Shown piece after piece: positions 1 to 9,203 of a stretch of 64,000 bases of DNA. Position 1 is the first letter of the stretch. Every line of letters begins with the position of its first letter. Source of the stretch: an uncultured Bacteroidales bacterium. Lineage in GTDB: Bacteria > Bacteroidota > Bacteroidia > Bacteroidales > VadinHA17. The position numbers and the translations under genes are program-made. The notes under the pieces were generated by a model. It made no database searches. It saw only the letters and a list, made by a program, of their open reading frames with translations, and was not told the DNA's origin. The DNA is taken from contig CAVPGA010000009.1 of assembly GCA_963703935.1 (NCBI GenBank), positions 1,258,998 through 1,322,997 on the forward strand. Direction: 5' to 3'.

Positions 1-330
1 AGGAAACTTATGTTCAGTTTTTTACTTTAAGAACTTACACAGAGTTCCACTGAGAAGTCGGCCCCTAAATCCCTGCCTACCGGCAGGCAGGCCCTGAAGG
101 GGACTTAAATTTTAGCCACCTTTAGGTCATAGCCGTCAACTTAAGGTGATGGATACAGGAAAATAGGGAGAGTGTTTAAGCCAAAACTGAATGTAAAGTA
201 CTGAATTTAAGTATTATAACTTTCCCCTCCTTAAAAAGGAGGGGAAATGTAAATTATTGAAAATCACTTGCATACAGTCCATTTCATAAGCTATCCTATT
301 TTTTAGGTTTGATGGAGACCAGGGGCGATT
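1..330. repeat. Mosaic of short hairpin-forming intergenic repeat modules (CACAGAG-type arm, CCCCTAAATCCC...GAAGGGGACTT module, CCTGCC-TACC-GGCAGG hairpin, CCCCTCC...GGAGGGG hairpin)
   Basis: The same word modules recur at 7172-7748, 8931-9190, 11950-12420, 20040-20470, 28240-28895 and 37680-37930. No ORF with coding character. Confidence 0.75.
133..230 (+). repeat. 98-nt repeat with an inverted second copy at 37817..37915
   Basis: Manual alignment of 133-230 with the reverse complement of 37817-37915 gives about 7 differences, including one 1-nt indel. Confidence 0.85.
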
Positions 331-365
331 TAACTTTGTGGAACTTCAGTGCATAAAGGAATCAA

Positions 366-402
366 TCAAAAATCAAAAATCCCAAATCCCAAATCCCAAA
401 TC
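366..402. repeat. Heptanucleotide tandem tract (TCAAAAA)2(TCCCAAA)3
   Basis: Read directly. Five consecutive 7-nt units about 60 nt upstream of the folP start. Confidence 0.9.
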
Positions 403-460
403 TTTCCAGGAGTATGCTTTGTTACTTAAATCAATTAAATTAGAAGATTAAAATGCCGGC

Positions 461-1331
461 ATGAATTTAAGACAGCGATACATCAATGTCAGGGGAAGAC
501 TACTTGATCTTTCAGTTCCAAAGGTAATGGGAGTAATAAATGTCACACCTGACTCTTTCTATGCAGGCAGCAGGTTTAGAGATGATGAAAGCATAATCAG
601 GGCTGTGCACCGAATGATAATCGACGGAGCTGATATAATTGATGTGGGTGGTTATTCTTCAAGACCGGGTGCCATAAACATTACTGTTGACGAAGAGAAA
701 AGCAGGGTTCTGAAGTGCCATCAAAGCTATCAATCACGAATTTCCCGAAGTTATTATTTCTGTCGACACATTCAGGGCTGAGATAGCAAGGGAAGCTGTA
801 ATGGATTGCGGAGCCGGGATTATTAATGATATTTCAGGAGGTGAGGCGGACGGGAAAATGTTTGCTAGTATCGAAGAACTTGGTGTACCGTATATTCTGA
901 TGCATATGCAGGGTAATCCGGAAAACATGCAAAAGAGTCCTGTGTATAAGGATATTGTTGCCGACATTCTCCGGTGGTTTGGTGAAAGGATCTACAAGCT
1001 TCATTCAATGGGAGTTAAAGATATCATACTTGACCCCGGCTTCGGATTCGGAAAAACAATTGAGCATAATTTCATATTGCTTAATCACTTAAGCGAATTT
1101 TCAATTGCAGGCCTGCCATTAATGGTTGGTCTGTCCAGAAAATCAATGATCTGGAAAACGCTTGAAACTACTCCTGATGAAGCTCTTAACGGGACCACTG
1201 TATTGAACACAATTGCCTTGCTGAAAGGCATTGATATTCTTCGGGTTCATGACGTAAAAGAAGCTGCTCAGGCAGTCAGGCTCGTGGAGACTCTTAACAG
1301 TTCGGTAAATGTTAATAAGACCGGAATGTAA
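461..1331 (+). CDS. folP: Dihydropteroate synthase, split by one frameshift near 711-716
   Basis: ORFs 461-781 and 801-1331 together give a full-length FolP (VMGVINVTPDSFYAGSRF, INDISGG, DPGFGFGKT, LRVHDV). The downstream frame is open back to 714 and reads SAIKAINHEFPEVIISVDTFRAEIAREAV, so a single 1-nt indel splits the gene. Confidence 0.85.
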
Positions 1332-1402
1332 AAAATTGATACCTGATTTTTATTCTGATTATTTCACAGGTTTTCATATTTTTACCTTTTATTGAAAATA
1401 AA

Positions 1403-2176
1403 ATGGTGCTTAATATCAAAGTACTCGATATTTTCGATATTTTCCTTGTGGCATTTATCCTCTTTCAGCTTTATAAGCTTATCAGGGGCACGGCCGCATT
1501 AAGCATCTTTATCGGGATTTTCTTTATTTACATGTTCTGGTTGCTGGTAAAGGCACTCAACATGGAGCTTATAAGCGCTTTACTGGGACAGGTTATAGGA
1601 GTAGGGGTTATTGCGCTAATAATTGTTTTTCAGCAGGAGGTCAGGAGGTTTCTTCTTGTTATCGGAAACAGGTATATGAGCCGAAGAAGGTTTTCGTTCG
1701 GAAAGATATTTGCCGCAGTGGAGGATAAGGAGAGCAATCCAAAGGAAGCCGAGGAGATTGTCAGGGCTGCAGAATCAATGGCATCAAAGAAAACAGGAGC
1801 ACTGATAGTTCTTGGAAGGAAAAGCAGTCTCGATATATATTCCGAAGGAGGAGAAAGACTAGACGCGGAAATAAGCGCCGAGCTTCTTGAAACCATATTC
1901 TTCAAAAATTCACCATTGCACGATGGAGCCGTTCTTATTGAGGATGGCAAAATATTTGCGGCCCGCTGCCCTTTGCCAATAACCGACAGGGTGACGCTTC
2001 CTTCACATTTTGGTATGCGTCATAGGGCTGCCCTGGGCATTTCTGAGCATACAGACGCACTGGTAGTTGTTGTATCCGAGGAAACAGGGAAAATTACAGT
2101 AGCCGAGGCAGGTGAGGCAAGGGAAAGCATAACGCCAAATGAACTCCGCCAGATACTTCTGAAAGAAAAGATCTGA
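1403..2176 (+). CDS. cdaA: Diadenylate cyclase (c-di-AMP synthase), CdaA type
   Basis: N-terminal TM helices plus DisA_N motifs HDGAVLI and GMRHRAALGISE. Sits directly downstream of folP, as is common. Confidence 0.85.
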   Translation: MVLNIKVLDIFDIFLVAFILFQLYKLIRGTAALSIFIGIFFIYMFWLLVKALNMELISALLGQVIGVGVIALIIVFQQEVRRFLLVIGNRYMSRRRFSFGKIFAAVEDKESNPKEAEEIVRAAESMASKKTGALIVLGRKSSLDIYSEGGERLDAEISAELLETIFFKNSPLHDGAVLIEDGKIFAARCPLPITDRVTLPSHFGMRHRAALGISEHTDALVVVVSEETGKITVAEAGEARESITPNELRQILLKEKI

Positions 2177-2337
2177 TAAGCATTCTCCGGTCTTTATACT
2201 CCTGGTGGCTCTTATATAAATTAAAATACGATTAAAAAACGTAACATGATTGCAGTGGTCTAATTTACAAGGCATTCCAGCCTCACCCCCTCAATCCCCC
2301 TCCTAAGCGCCCTCCTGATTGGTATAACCGGTGAAAA

Positions 2338-3057
2338 TCAAAACTTTTTAAGCAGGGAAACTATCATCTCCTCTTTATCGGTAAAAGATTTTTCATCTCT
2401 TTCCTCTTCAATAATTTTCTTCTTGTCAGGATATATTTTTAAAACTGATTTCCTGTTGAGCTGGATTTGATAAAATACATTATCGGGCCCCAGAAGATAA
2501 TACCTGTATTTTGTCTGAAATTCATCGTATCTTGTGTCTGAGCCGTATACCTTTTTATAGTCTGCCTCGACAAAAATTTTTACCGGCATTTTAATAAACA
2601 GATAATCACCATCTTTCAGGACCTGGATGAACCTTTGATCCTTCATTTCCTTTTCAAAGGTTTTTCCGTAGGTGGTTCTGAATACGAGATCCTTACCATC
2701 CCCGGCTATAATTAATTCTTCAACGTTACTTGCAGGAATTACGAAGAGTTTCCCACTATTGGGGTGGCGATAAATTACTGAATTCTGAACAAGATCAATA
2801 TCGGATTTCAGCGCAACATATGAATCCTGCCCTCTTATTCGCAGCAGGGATGGAAGGAGAGTATCTGACAACCTCGGGCTTCCTTTCACCCCTTCGTACC
2901 TGTTATCGAATGCCAATCCCCCTGATTCATACGGTGCCAGGGAACCGATACTCTTCAGGCTTTCCTCAAGGGAGATACCTTTCTCGTAGACGCGGGTCGT
3001 CTGGGAAAAGCAACCAGTCCATAACACCGCACAAATTAATATCATAATTATCTTCAT
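2338..3057 (-). CDS. Secreted or lipoprotein hypothetical protein (239 aa)
   Basis: Signal peptide MKIIMILICAVLWTGC. No recognised domain. Similar size and C-terminal layout to the 22241-22936 product. Confidence 0.6.
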   Translation of the reverse strand: MKIIMILICAVLWTGCFSQTTRVYEKGISLEESLKSIGSLAPYESGGLAFDNRYEGVKGSPRLSDTLLPSLLRIRGQDSYVALKSDIDLVQNSVIYRHPNSGKLFVIPASNVEELIIAGDGKDLVFRTTYGKTFEKEMKDQRFIQVLKDGDYLFIKMPVKIFVEADYKKVYGSDTRYDEFQTKYRYYLLGPDNVFYQIQLNRKSVLKIYPDKKKIIEEERDEKSFTDKEEMIVSLLKKF

Positions 3058-3103
3058 GTCCGGATTTTTAAGATTTTGACCCTGTAACCAGTGTTGATTA
3101 TTG

Positions 3104-3111
3104 CAAATTTA
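3104..3111 (-). promoter_or_regulatory. Candidate Bacteroidota -7 promoter box TAAATTTG (TAnnTTTG)
   Basis: Exact match to TAnnTTTG on the minus strand, about 47 nt upstream of the ATG at 3057. Confidence 0.4.
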
Positions 3112-3138
3112 CGAAAAGTTTACATCGTTTCTTTTTAT

Positions 3139-3146
3139 TAAGTTTG
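3139..3146 (+). promoter_or_regulatory. Candidate -7 promoter box TAAGTTTG
   Basis: Exact TAnnTTTG match 27 nt upstream of the ATG at 3173. Confidence 0.35.
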
Positions 3147-3172
3147 ATGCTTTTAGCTTCAGGCTTTGGCGA

Positions 3173-3994
3173 ATGCAGAAATCCTTATCTGATTTACGGA
3201 CGGTTCTTATCACCGGGGGCACCTCAGGACTGGGTCTTGAACTCGTAAGACTATACCTGAATATGGGATTTAAAGTTGTTGCAACAGGGAGGCATAAGTT
3301 TGAAGATGAGGTAGTTAAATCAAGGGTTGAATTATTTAATGTTGACTTCAGCGATCTGAACCAGACTGCAGAAGGAATTAAGAAAATCTGTGAGATCTAT
3401 AATTTCGACCTGGTTATCAATAATGCCGGCGTATTAGGTCCCCCTGACTTTATTATTACAGCAGATAGCCTTGAATATACCTTCCAGGTCAACTTCTTAT
3501 CACACCTCCTTGTAAATGAGATTATTATCAGAAACAAACCGGAAATAACGAGGTTATTGACAGCTGCTGTTACCTCACCCGTCTACCGTGTTGCCAGACC
3601 CGATATGGCGTTTTCATTTTCAGAAAGGACTTACAGGCCATTGAAGGCTTATTCTGATTCGAAGCTGTTGCTGTCGCTGATGTGCAGACATCTTTCTGAA
3701 CTGAACAGAGGATCGGGTATGACATTTATTTCCTTTAACCCGGGAGTCTTCAGCTCAGGAATTTTCAGAATGCAAAGGGAATGGTTCAGGATCATGTATA
3801 AAATCGGAGCTCCATTTATGATGAGTCCCGGTAGAGTAGCTTTAACTCTGGCAAAGACACTTGAAAGAGATGATCTTGTCAACGGTTCAATATACGATCT
3901 TAAGGGCAGGGTCAGATCTGTTCCGGCGACTGATGACACCATCACCGGTAATTTCTGGAAGGAGTGTTACAGAAGGATTGAACAATTCCTTTGA
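3173..3994 (+). CDS. Short-chain dehydrogenase/reductase (SDR) family oxidoreductase
   Basis: VLITGGTSGLGLE Rossmann motif, NNAG, and YSDSK catalytic-type motif. The ORF opens at a TTG at 3101 but the ATG at 3173 is the likelier start. Confidence 0.8.
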   Translation: MQKSLSDLRTVLITGGTSGLGLELVRLYLNMGFKVVATGRHKFEDEVVKSRVELFNVDFSDLNQTAEGIKKICEIYNFDLVINNAGVLGPPDFIITADSLEYTFQVNFLSHLLVNEIIIRNKPEITRLLTAAVTSPVYRVARPDMAFSFSERTYRPLKAYSDSKLLLSLMCRHLSELNRGSGMTFISFNPGVFSSGIFRMQREWFRIMYKIGAPFMMSPGRVALTLAKTLERDDLVNGSIYDLKGRVRSVPATDDTITGNFWKECYRRIEQFL

Positions 3995-4095
3995 CGGTCC
4001 TGATAAATTTTAAAGATTAATTAATGTTTAGATACCCGCATTTTTTATAACTTTTGCATTCAAAAATCCGGGTATTTGATTCCGATTTTGGAAAA

Positions 4096-4731
4096 ATGAA
4101 AATAACAGATAATTCTATGAAAAAATCAATTTTTAAAATCATGGCAATGGCAATTTTGTTAAGTAAGACAGGCTGTGCCGGGGATAACGATCCGGAAAGC
4201 TGGAGCAGCAAAAAGCTCGATAAATGGTTCAGCGACGGGGAATGGCTGAGCGGGTGGCAGGTAAAGCCCGACCAGTCGATTAACCGGAAGGCATTTGCAG
4301 TCTCATATTTCAGGAACAGGGAGAGATGGGATAAAGCCTTCACTTATTTAAAAACTAATGACCTGTCAAAGCTTGAACTGAAGCGTTATGACATTGATGG
4401 TGATAATCTTTATGTTACTGTAAGCGAGTACATTACAAAAAACGAAGAGGATGCAAGATTCGAAGCCCATCAGAAATATATTGACATTCAGTATGTTGTA
4501 GTTGGAAATGAGCTGATTGGAGTTGGTCCGGTTTCACAGAAGCAGGATGTTCTTGAACCATATGACCCGGTAAAAGATATAGAGTTCATGACGGTCAGGG
4601 ATGGAGTGAACATGAAGGCCACTCCGGAGAAGTTCTTTATCTTCTTTCCGGGTGATCTTCACCGGCCAGGATTAAAGGATGGAGTAAACGGACAGGTAAG
4701 GAAAGTTGTTGTCAAGGTTAAGGTAAATTGA
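4096..4731 (+). CDS. YhcH/YjgK/YiaL (DUF386, EbgC-like) family protein with lipoprotein-type signal peptide
   Basis: KYIDIQYVVVGNELIGV and FFIFFPGDLHRPG are typical of the family. The N-terminus MKKSIFKIMAMAILLSKTGC looks like a lipoprotein signal. An alternative start is at 4117. Confidence 0.65.
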   Translation: MKITDNSMKKSIFKIMAMAILLSKTGCAGDNDPESWSSKKLDKWFSDGEWLSGWQVKPDQSINRKAFAVSYFRNRERWDKAFTYLKTNDLSKLELKRYDIDGDNLYVTVSEYITKNEEDARFEAHQKYIDIQYVVVGNELIGVGPVSQKQDVLEPYDPVKDIEFMTVRDGVNMKATPEKFFIFFPGDLHRPGLKDGVNGQVRKVVVKVKVN

Positions 4732-4777
4732 ACATTCTGTTAAATTTGCGGTTAGTCTTATGTTTTGAAATTATAGG

Positions 4778-5011
4778 ATGACGACACTATATGATCTCGT
4801 TGAAGGGGAAGAGGGGATAATTCTGAAGATTAAGGGAAGAGGTCAGTTCAGGCAACGGCTTTCGGAAATGGGATTTGTTGTCGGTAAAAAAGTGTCGAAG
4901 TCATTAAAAAGGCACCACTGCGGGATCCGATTGAATATAAAATAATGGGCTACCATATTTCCCTGCGGAAACAGTGAGGCACAGCTTATTGAGGTAAGTC
5001 GGGGAAGATGA
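4778..5011 (+). pseudogene. feoA: FeoA-like ferrous iron transport protein, at least two frame breaks
   Basis: The sequence reads MTTLYDLVEGEEGIILKIKGRGQFRQRLSEMGFVVGKKV, then APLRDPIEYKIMGYHISLRK, then SEAQLIEVSRGR, in three different frames. Confidence 0.75.
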
Positions 5012-5051
5012 TACAAAGGAAGTTCAGTCACTCAAACGGAACACTTGTAAC

Positions 5052-7162
5052 ATGAGGAGGGAACAGATTCGTGGCTTGAAAAAGCAAACATTTACAGGTG
5101 GCGCTTGTCGGAAATCCAAATTCAGGAAAAACAACACTTTTTAATTATGCTTCCGGTTCAAAGGAAAAGGTAGGCAACTATGCCGGTGTTACAGTGGATT
5201 CCAAGGAAGCAGATATACAGACAATCGGGTTATACATTTTCTCATTGTTGATCTGCCAGGCACCTATTCATTAAAAAGCTATTCACCTGAAGAAATCTAT
5301 CTGAGGAATTATATTTTCGATAATAAGCCTGATATAGTTGTCAATATTATTGATGCCTCAAACCTTGAAAGGAATCTGTATCTGACGACCCAGCTTATCG
5401 ATATGGGTGTCCAGATGGTGATTGCCCTGAATATGTACGATGAACTTGAGAAAAAGGGAGATATTCTTGATTATCATTCCCTTGGAAAATTATTGGGAGT
5501 ACCTATGGTTCCGACTGTAAGTTCAAAAGGTAAAGGAATAAAAGAACTTTTCGATAAAATAATTGAGGTTTATGAGAACAGGGAGCCGGTAGTCAGGCAT
5601 ATACATATAAACTATGGAACCGAGATTGAAAACGCAATCTGTGCAATTCAGTCGAAGATAAAAATTGAAGAGAACAGGATCTTTCACAAATATTATCTCA
5701 GGCAGATATCTTGCAATTGAACTTCTTGAAAATGATAGAGAGTTTTCAGGTGAGATAAAACATTGTGTAAATTCCTCCGACATCACGGGCAGCAGCCAGA
5801 AAAGAATATGCCAGGCTTGAAAAACTTTATCTTGATCCTGTTGACACCGTAATTACTGATCTCAGGTATGGTTTTATTTCGGGAGCGCTTAAGGAGACTC
5901 TTAAGGAAGGGAAGGAAGAAGGGCTACAGAAAGACAAAGATCATCGATAACTATCTGACCAATAAATATCTGGGGATACCTATCTTCCTTCTTTTCATGT
6001 GGCTGACATTTTACAGCACCTTTTTTCTCGGGGCATATCCGAAACACTGGCTGGAACTTCTTATCGGGAAAATTTCAGATCTGACAACTTCATCAATACC
6101 GGCAGGGATATTCAGGGACTTTCTTGTCGACGGGATCATTGGCGGGGTAGGAGGAGTGATAGTTTTTCTTCCCAACATCATTATTCTTTTTATCCTGATC
6201 TCATTCATGGAAGATACAGGTTATATGGCCAGGGCAGTATTTATAATGGATAAAGTGATGCATAAGATCGGTCTTCACGGGAAATCATTTATACCTCTCT
6301 TCATGGGATTTGGATGTAATGTTCCGGCTATTATGGCAACAAGGATTATTGACAGCCGCCGGGACCGTCTGATAACAATGCTGATAACACCTTTCATGTC
6401 GTGCAGTGCCCGGCTTACCGGTGTATATTTTATTTATTACTGCATTTTTTCCCAAGCAACCAGGGTTCAGTGCTTTTTCTGCTTTATTCTCTCGGAGTTA
6501 TTTTTGCAATTGTCTCTGCCCTGTTCCTCAAGCGGGTCTTTATAAAATCAGCCGATATCCCGTTTGTAATGGAGCTTCCTCCTTACCGCATTCCCACTCA
6601 CAGAAGCATTATCAGGCATGTCTGGTTCCGGACTTCCCTGTATCTGAGAAAAATAGGCGGGGTGATCCTTCTTGCTTCCATAATAATCTGGATTCTGAGC
6701 AATTTTCCAAGAAACCCGGGTAATACAGGGATCAGTAAGAGCGAGATTCAGAGCAATTCGTACATGGGAATGATCGGAAGGGGAATTGAGCCTGTGATGA
6801 AACCTCTCGGATTTGACTGGAGGCTGAGCGTAAGCCTCCTGTCAGGTATTGCAGCCAAAGAAGTGGTGGTGAGCACATTGGGCATTCTTTACCTGACTGA
6901 TAGCAAACCATTTCATAATTCCCTTGTAGAGAAGCTGCAGGCACATGAGTCAGCACCCGGGAAAGGGGCCATTACACCGGTTATAGCATTCACCTTTATG
7001 ATGTTCATCCTTACTTATTTCCCGTGTGTCGGGGTTATTGCGGCAATAAAAAGGGAATCGGGCAGCTGGAAATGGGCTGCCTTTACAGTCTTCTATACAA
7101 CAACAGTTGCCTGGGTGGTCTCATTTGTTGTCTTCCAGACAGGATCCCTGCTCTTTACCTGA
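5052..7162 (+). pseudogene. feoB: FeoB ferrous iron transporter, at least six frame breaks
   Basis: G-domain VALVGNPNSGKTTLFN, then VDLPGTYSL, then the membrane domain ([29 protein letters not shown]). These are spread over ORFs 5403-5720, 5868-6545 and 6401-7162 plus shorter pieces. Frame changes traced near 5090, 5212, 5695, 5780, 5930 and 6415. Confidence 0.85.
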
Positions 7163-7171
7163 CCAGATCCA

Positions 7172-7748
7172 GGACTTAGAATAGCCCCCTTTAGGGGACC
7201 GACGTTAAAAAATTGCCGGTGGGCAATTTTAGCGAAGGGGCCAGCCTGCAGGGTAGACCTGTGGTGGGGGTTGGGGGAAACTTAACAGAGTTCCACAGAG
7301 AAATCGTTTACTTTTCAATGGTAGAGGCCGGGCGTTAAATCACCAGCGATTTTGCCCCTAAATCCCCTGAAGGGGACTTAAAGAATAGCCCCCTTTAGGG
7401 GACCGAGCGTTAAAAAATTGCCCGGTGGGCAATTTTAGCGAAGGGGCCAGCCTGCAGGGTAGACCTGTGGTGGGGGTTGGGGGTAAACTTACACAGAGTT
7501 CAACAGAGAGATCGTTTACTTTTCAATGGTAGAGGCCGGGCGTTAAATCACCAGCGATTTTGCCCCTAAATCCCCTGAAGGGGACTTAAAGAATAGCCCC
7601 CTTTAGGGGACCGAGCGTTAAAAAATTGCCCGGTGGAGGGCCGAGCGTTAATAAAACCCCTGTGGGTGTTTTTAGCGAGGAGCCATTGCAGCGATGGTAG
7701 CGAAGGGGCCAGCCTGCAGGGTAGACCTGTGGTGGGGGTTGGGGGCAT
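7172..7748. repeat. Tandem array, about 2.8 copies of a ~205-nt composite unit made of hairpin modules
   Basis: The word GAATAGCCCCCTTTAGGGGACCG starts at 7179, 7383 and 7591. Each unit carries CCCC-CTTTA-GGGG, AATTGCCC-GGT-GGGCAATT and CCCC-TGAA-GGGG hairpins and a CACAGAG-type word. The third copy has an internal insertion and ends at 7745. Confidence 0.9.
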
Positions 7749-7755
7749 CCGGTTG

Positions 7756-8778
7756 TCAGTTGATGGCTTTATATTTCTTAAGGATTGCTGACGTACTTAA
7801 TTTGAAATCAAGATATTGAGCACGGGTGTACGGAATCTTGTCTTCTGCTTTGTTCTTTGACAGTTTTCCCCTGAAGCTGTCGATGGAATTATATCCTTTT
7901 AAATCCATCCATTCTTCAAGATCATTAATTATTGAGGAAAGCACCTCAATCTGGTTCAGGTAAAGAGTGCTTACAACCTGCACGCAATCGGCGCCGGCCA
8001 GCAACATTTTAACAACATCGCTTCCACTGAATATTCCTGAACTGGTGCAGATGGAAGACTTGATATTTCCGTGCAACAATCCTGCAAACCTTAAAGGCAG
8101 TCTATGGTCTTCCACATGGCTGAGACTGTAAGGGAAGTGTTGCTTTTCGGTTTCAATGTCAATGTCGGGTTGAAAAAGCCTGTTGAAAAGAACGAACGCA
8201 TCAGCACCGGCTGCTTCAAGTCCCGAAATAAATTTCAACGGATTACTGTAATAAGGGCTCAGTTTTACAGCGATTGGTATTTTCACTGCCGCCCTGACCA
8301 TCTTTAGTGTTTTTACCTGCTTCGCTTCCACATCTTCATATTTGTCACCCGATTTTTCCGGAAGAGTGTAAAAGTTGAGTTCAAGTCCGTCAACTCCCGT
8401 TTTCTCAATCTCTTTGGCATATTCAACCCAAATTTCATCATTTACCGCATTCAGGCTGGCAAAAACAGGTATTGAAACAGATTCCTTTGCTTTTTTAAGG
8501 TTCATCAGGTGCTGAACGGGATAGGTGTATTCCTTTTTTGAATCAGGAAAGAGTGTGATCATTTCAGCATTCCGTTCTTCATATTCAGTCTTGATCTCAT
8601 AGATTTCCAGATTTTCAAGTTGGATCTGCTCTTCAAACAGCGATTTGTAAACAATTGCTGCAGCACCCTGATCCTCAATTCTTTTAAGGTTATCAGGATT
8701 TGTTGTAAGATCATTTGCACCTACGATTACCGGATTTTTCAGGTCCAGTCCCATATACTTTGTTTTTAAGCTGATCAT
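7756..8778 (-). CDS. Dihydroorotate dehydrogenase-like (PyrD-family TIM-barrel flavoprotein) protein
   Basis: MGLDLKNPVIVGAN near the N-terminus, 340 aa, intact. Function within the family not resolved. Confidence 0.65.
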   Translation of the reverse strand: MISLKTKYMGLDLKNPVIVGANDLTTNPDNLKRIEDQGAAAIVYKSLFEEQIQLENLEIYEIKTEYEERNAEMITLFPDSKKEYTYPVQHLMNLKKAKESVSIPVFASLNAVNDEIWVEYAKEIEKTGVDGLELNFYTLPEKSGDKYEDVEAKQVKTLKMVRAAVKIPIAVKLSPYYSNPLKFISGLEAAGADAFVLFNRLFQPDIDIETEKQHFPYSLSHVEDHRLPLRFAGLLHGNIKSSICTSSGIFSGSDVVKMLLAGADCVQVVSTLYLNQIEVLSSIINDLEEWMDLKGYNSIDSFRGKLSKNKAEDKIPYTRAQYLDFKLSTSAILKKYKAIN

Positions 8779-8930
8779 GGCAGTAATTACTTTATGGTTA
8801 TTGATTAAAATGTCGGGAAAACAAATGAAAGAAACAGGTAAGCATTTTTCCGGGAGTTTGTTTCTTATATAACAACCCGTAAGGCTAAAAGTTCCGGATG
8901 GACCTCAGTGAAGAGTAATATTTAAGGAGG

Positions 8931-9190
8931 GGTGGCCAGACGATGAAATCATCTTACAGGCAGAAACTAAATTCGTCAAGCCGGGGTGGGTGATTCAAAC
9001 CTTTCTTATTCCCTTTATTCAAATTGATAGTAAACACCTCTTTAGCAAGATTAGAGTCATGAAACATAGATTAACCACCCCGGTCGGGAAAGTAAATTGT
9101 AAACCTCTCAAAATCTATGGTCCCGACCACCCCTCATTGAGAAGGAGGGGAAATGTAACATATTGTAAATCAGTTGTATGTAGTTTGTTG
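8931..9190. repeat. Repeat mosaic containing a nearly empty ghost of the DUF559 cassette (8980..9084)
   Basis: GCCGGGGTGG at 8980 and TTAACCACCCCGGT at 9071 mirror the arms seen at 37265/37694. The ~80 nt between them retain a match to the 3' end of the DUF559 gene (GCAAGATTAGAGTCATGAAACATAGATTAACCACC versus GCAAGATTGAGTCATAACATAGTTTAACCACC). The flanking word GCCAGACGATGAAATCATCTTACAGGCAGAAACTAAATTCGTC matches 37705-37750 in inverted orientation. Confidence 0.65.
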
Positions 9191-9203
9191 GCCTCCAACC
9201 ACA

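Noticed and set aside
366-402. Telomere-like repeat (TCCCAAA)n
   Set aside because: There are only three units, it is not at a sequence end in any meaningful sense, and it sits in an ordinary bacterial promoter region.
7172-7748. CRISPR array (also considered for the 48546-48607 tract)
   Set aside because: The units are contiguous tandem copies with no unique spacers. The unit sizes (about 205 nt and 8 nt) are wrong, and no cas genes are in the window.
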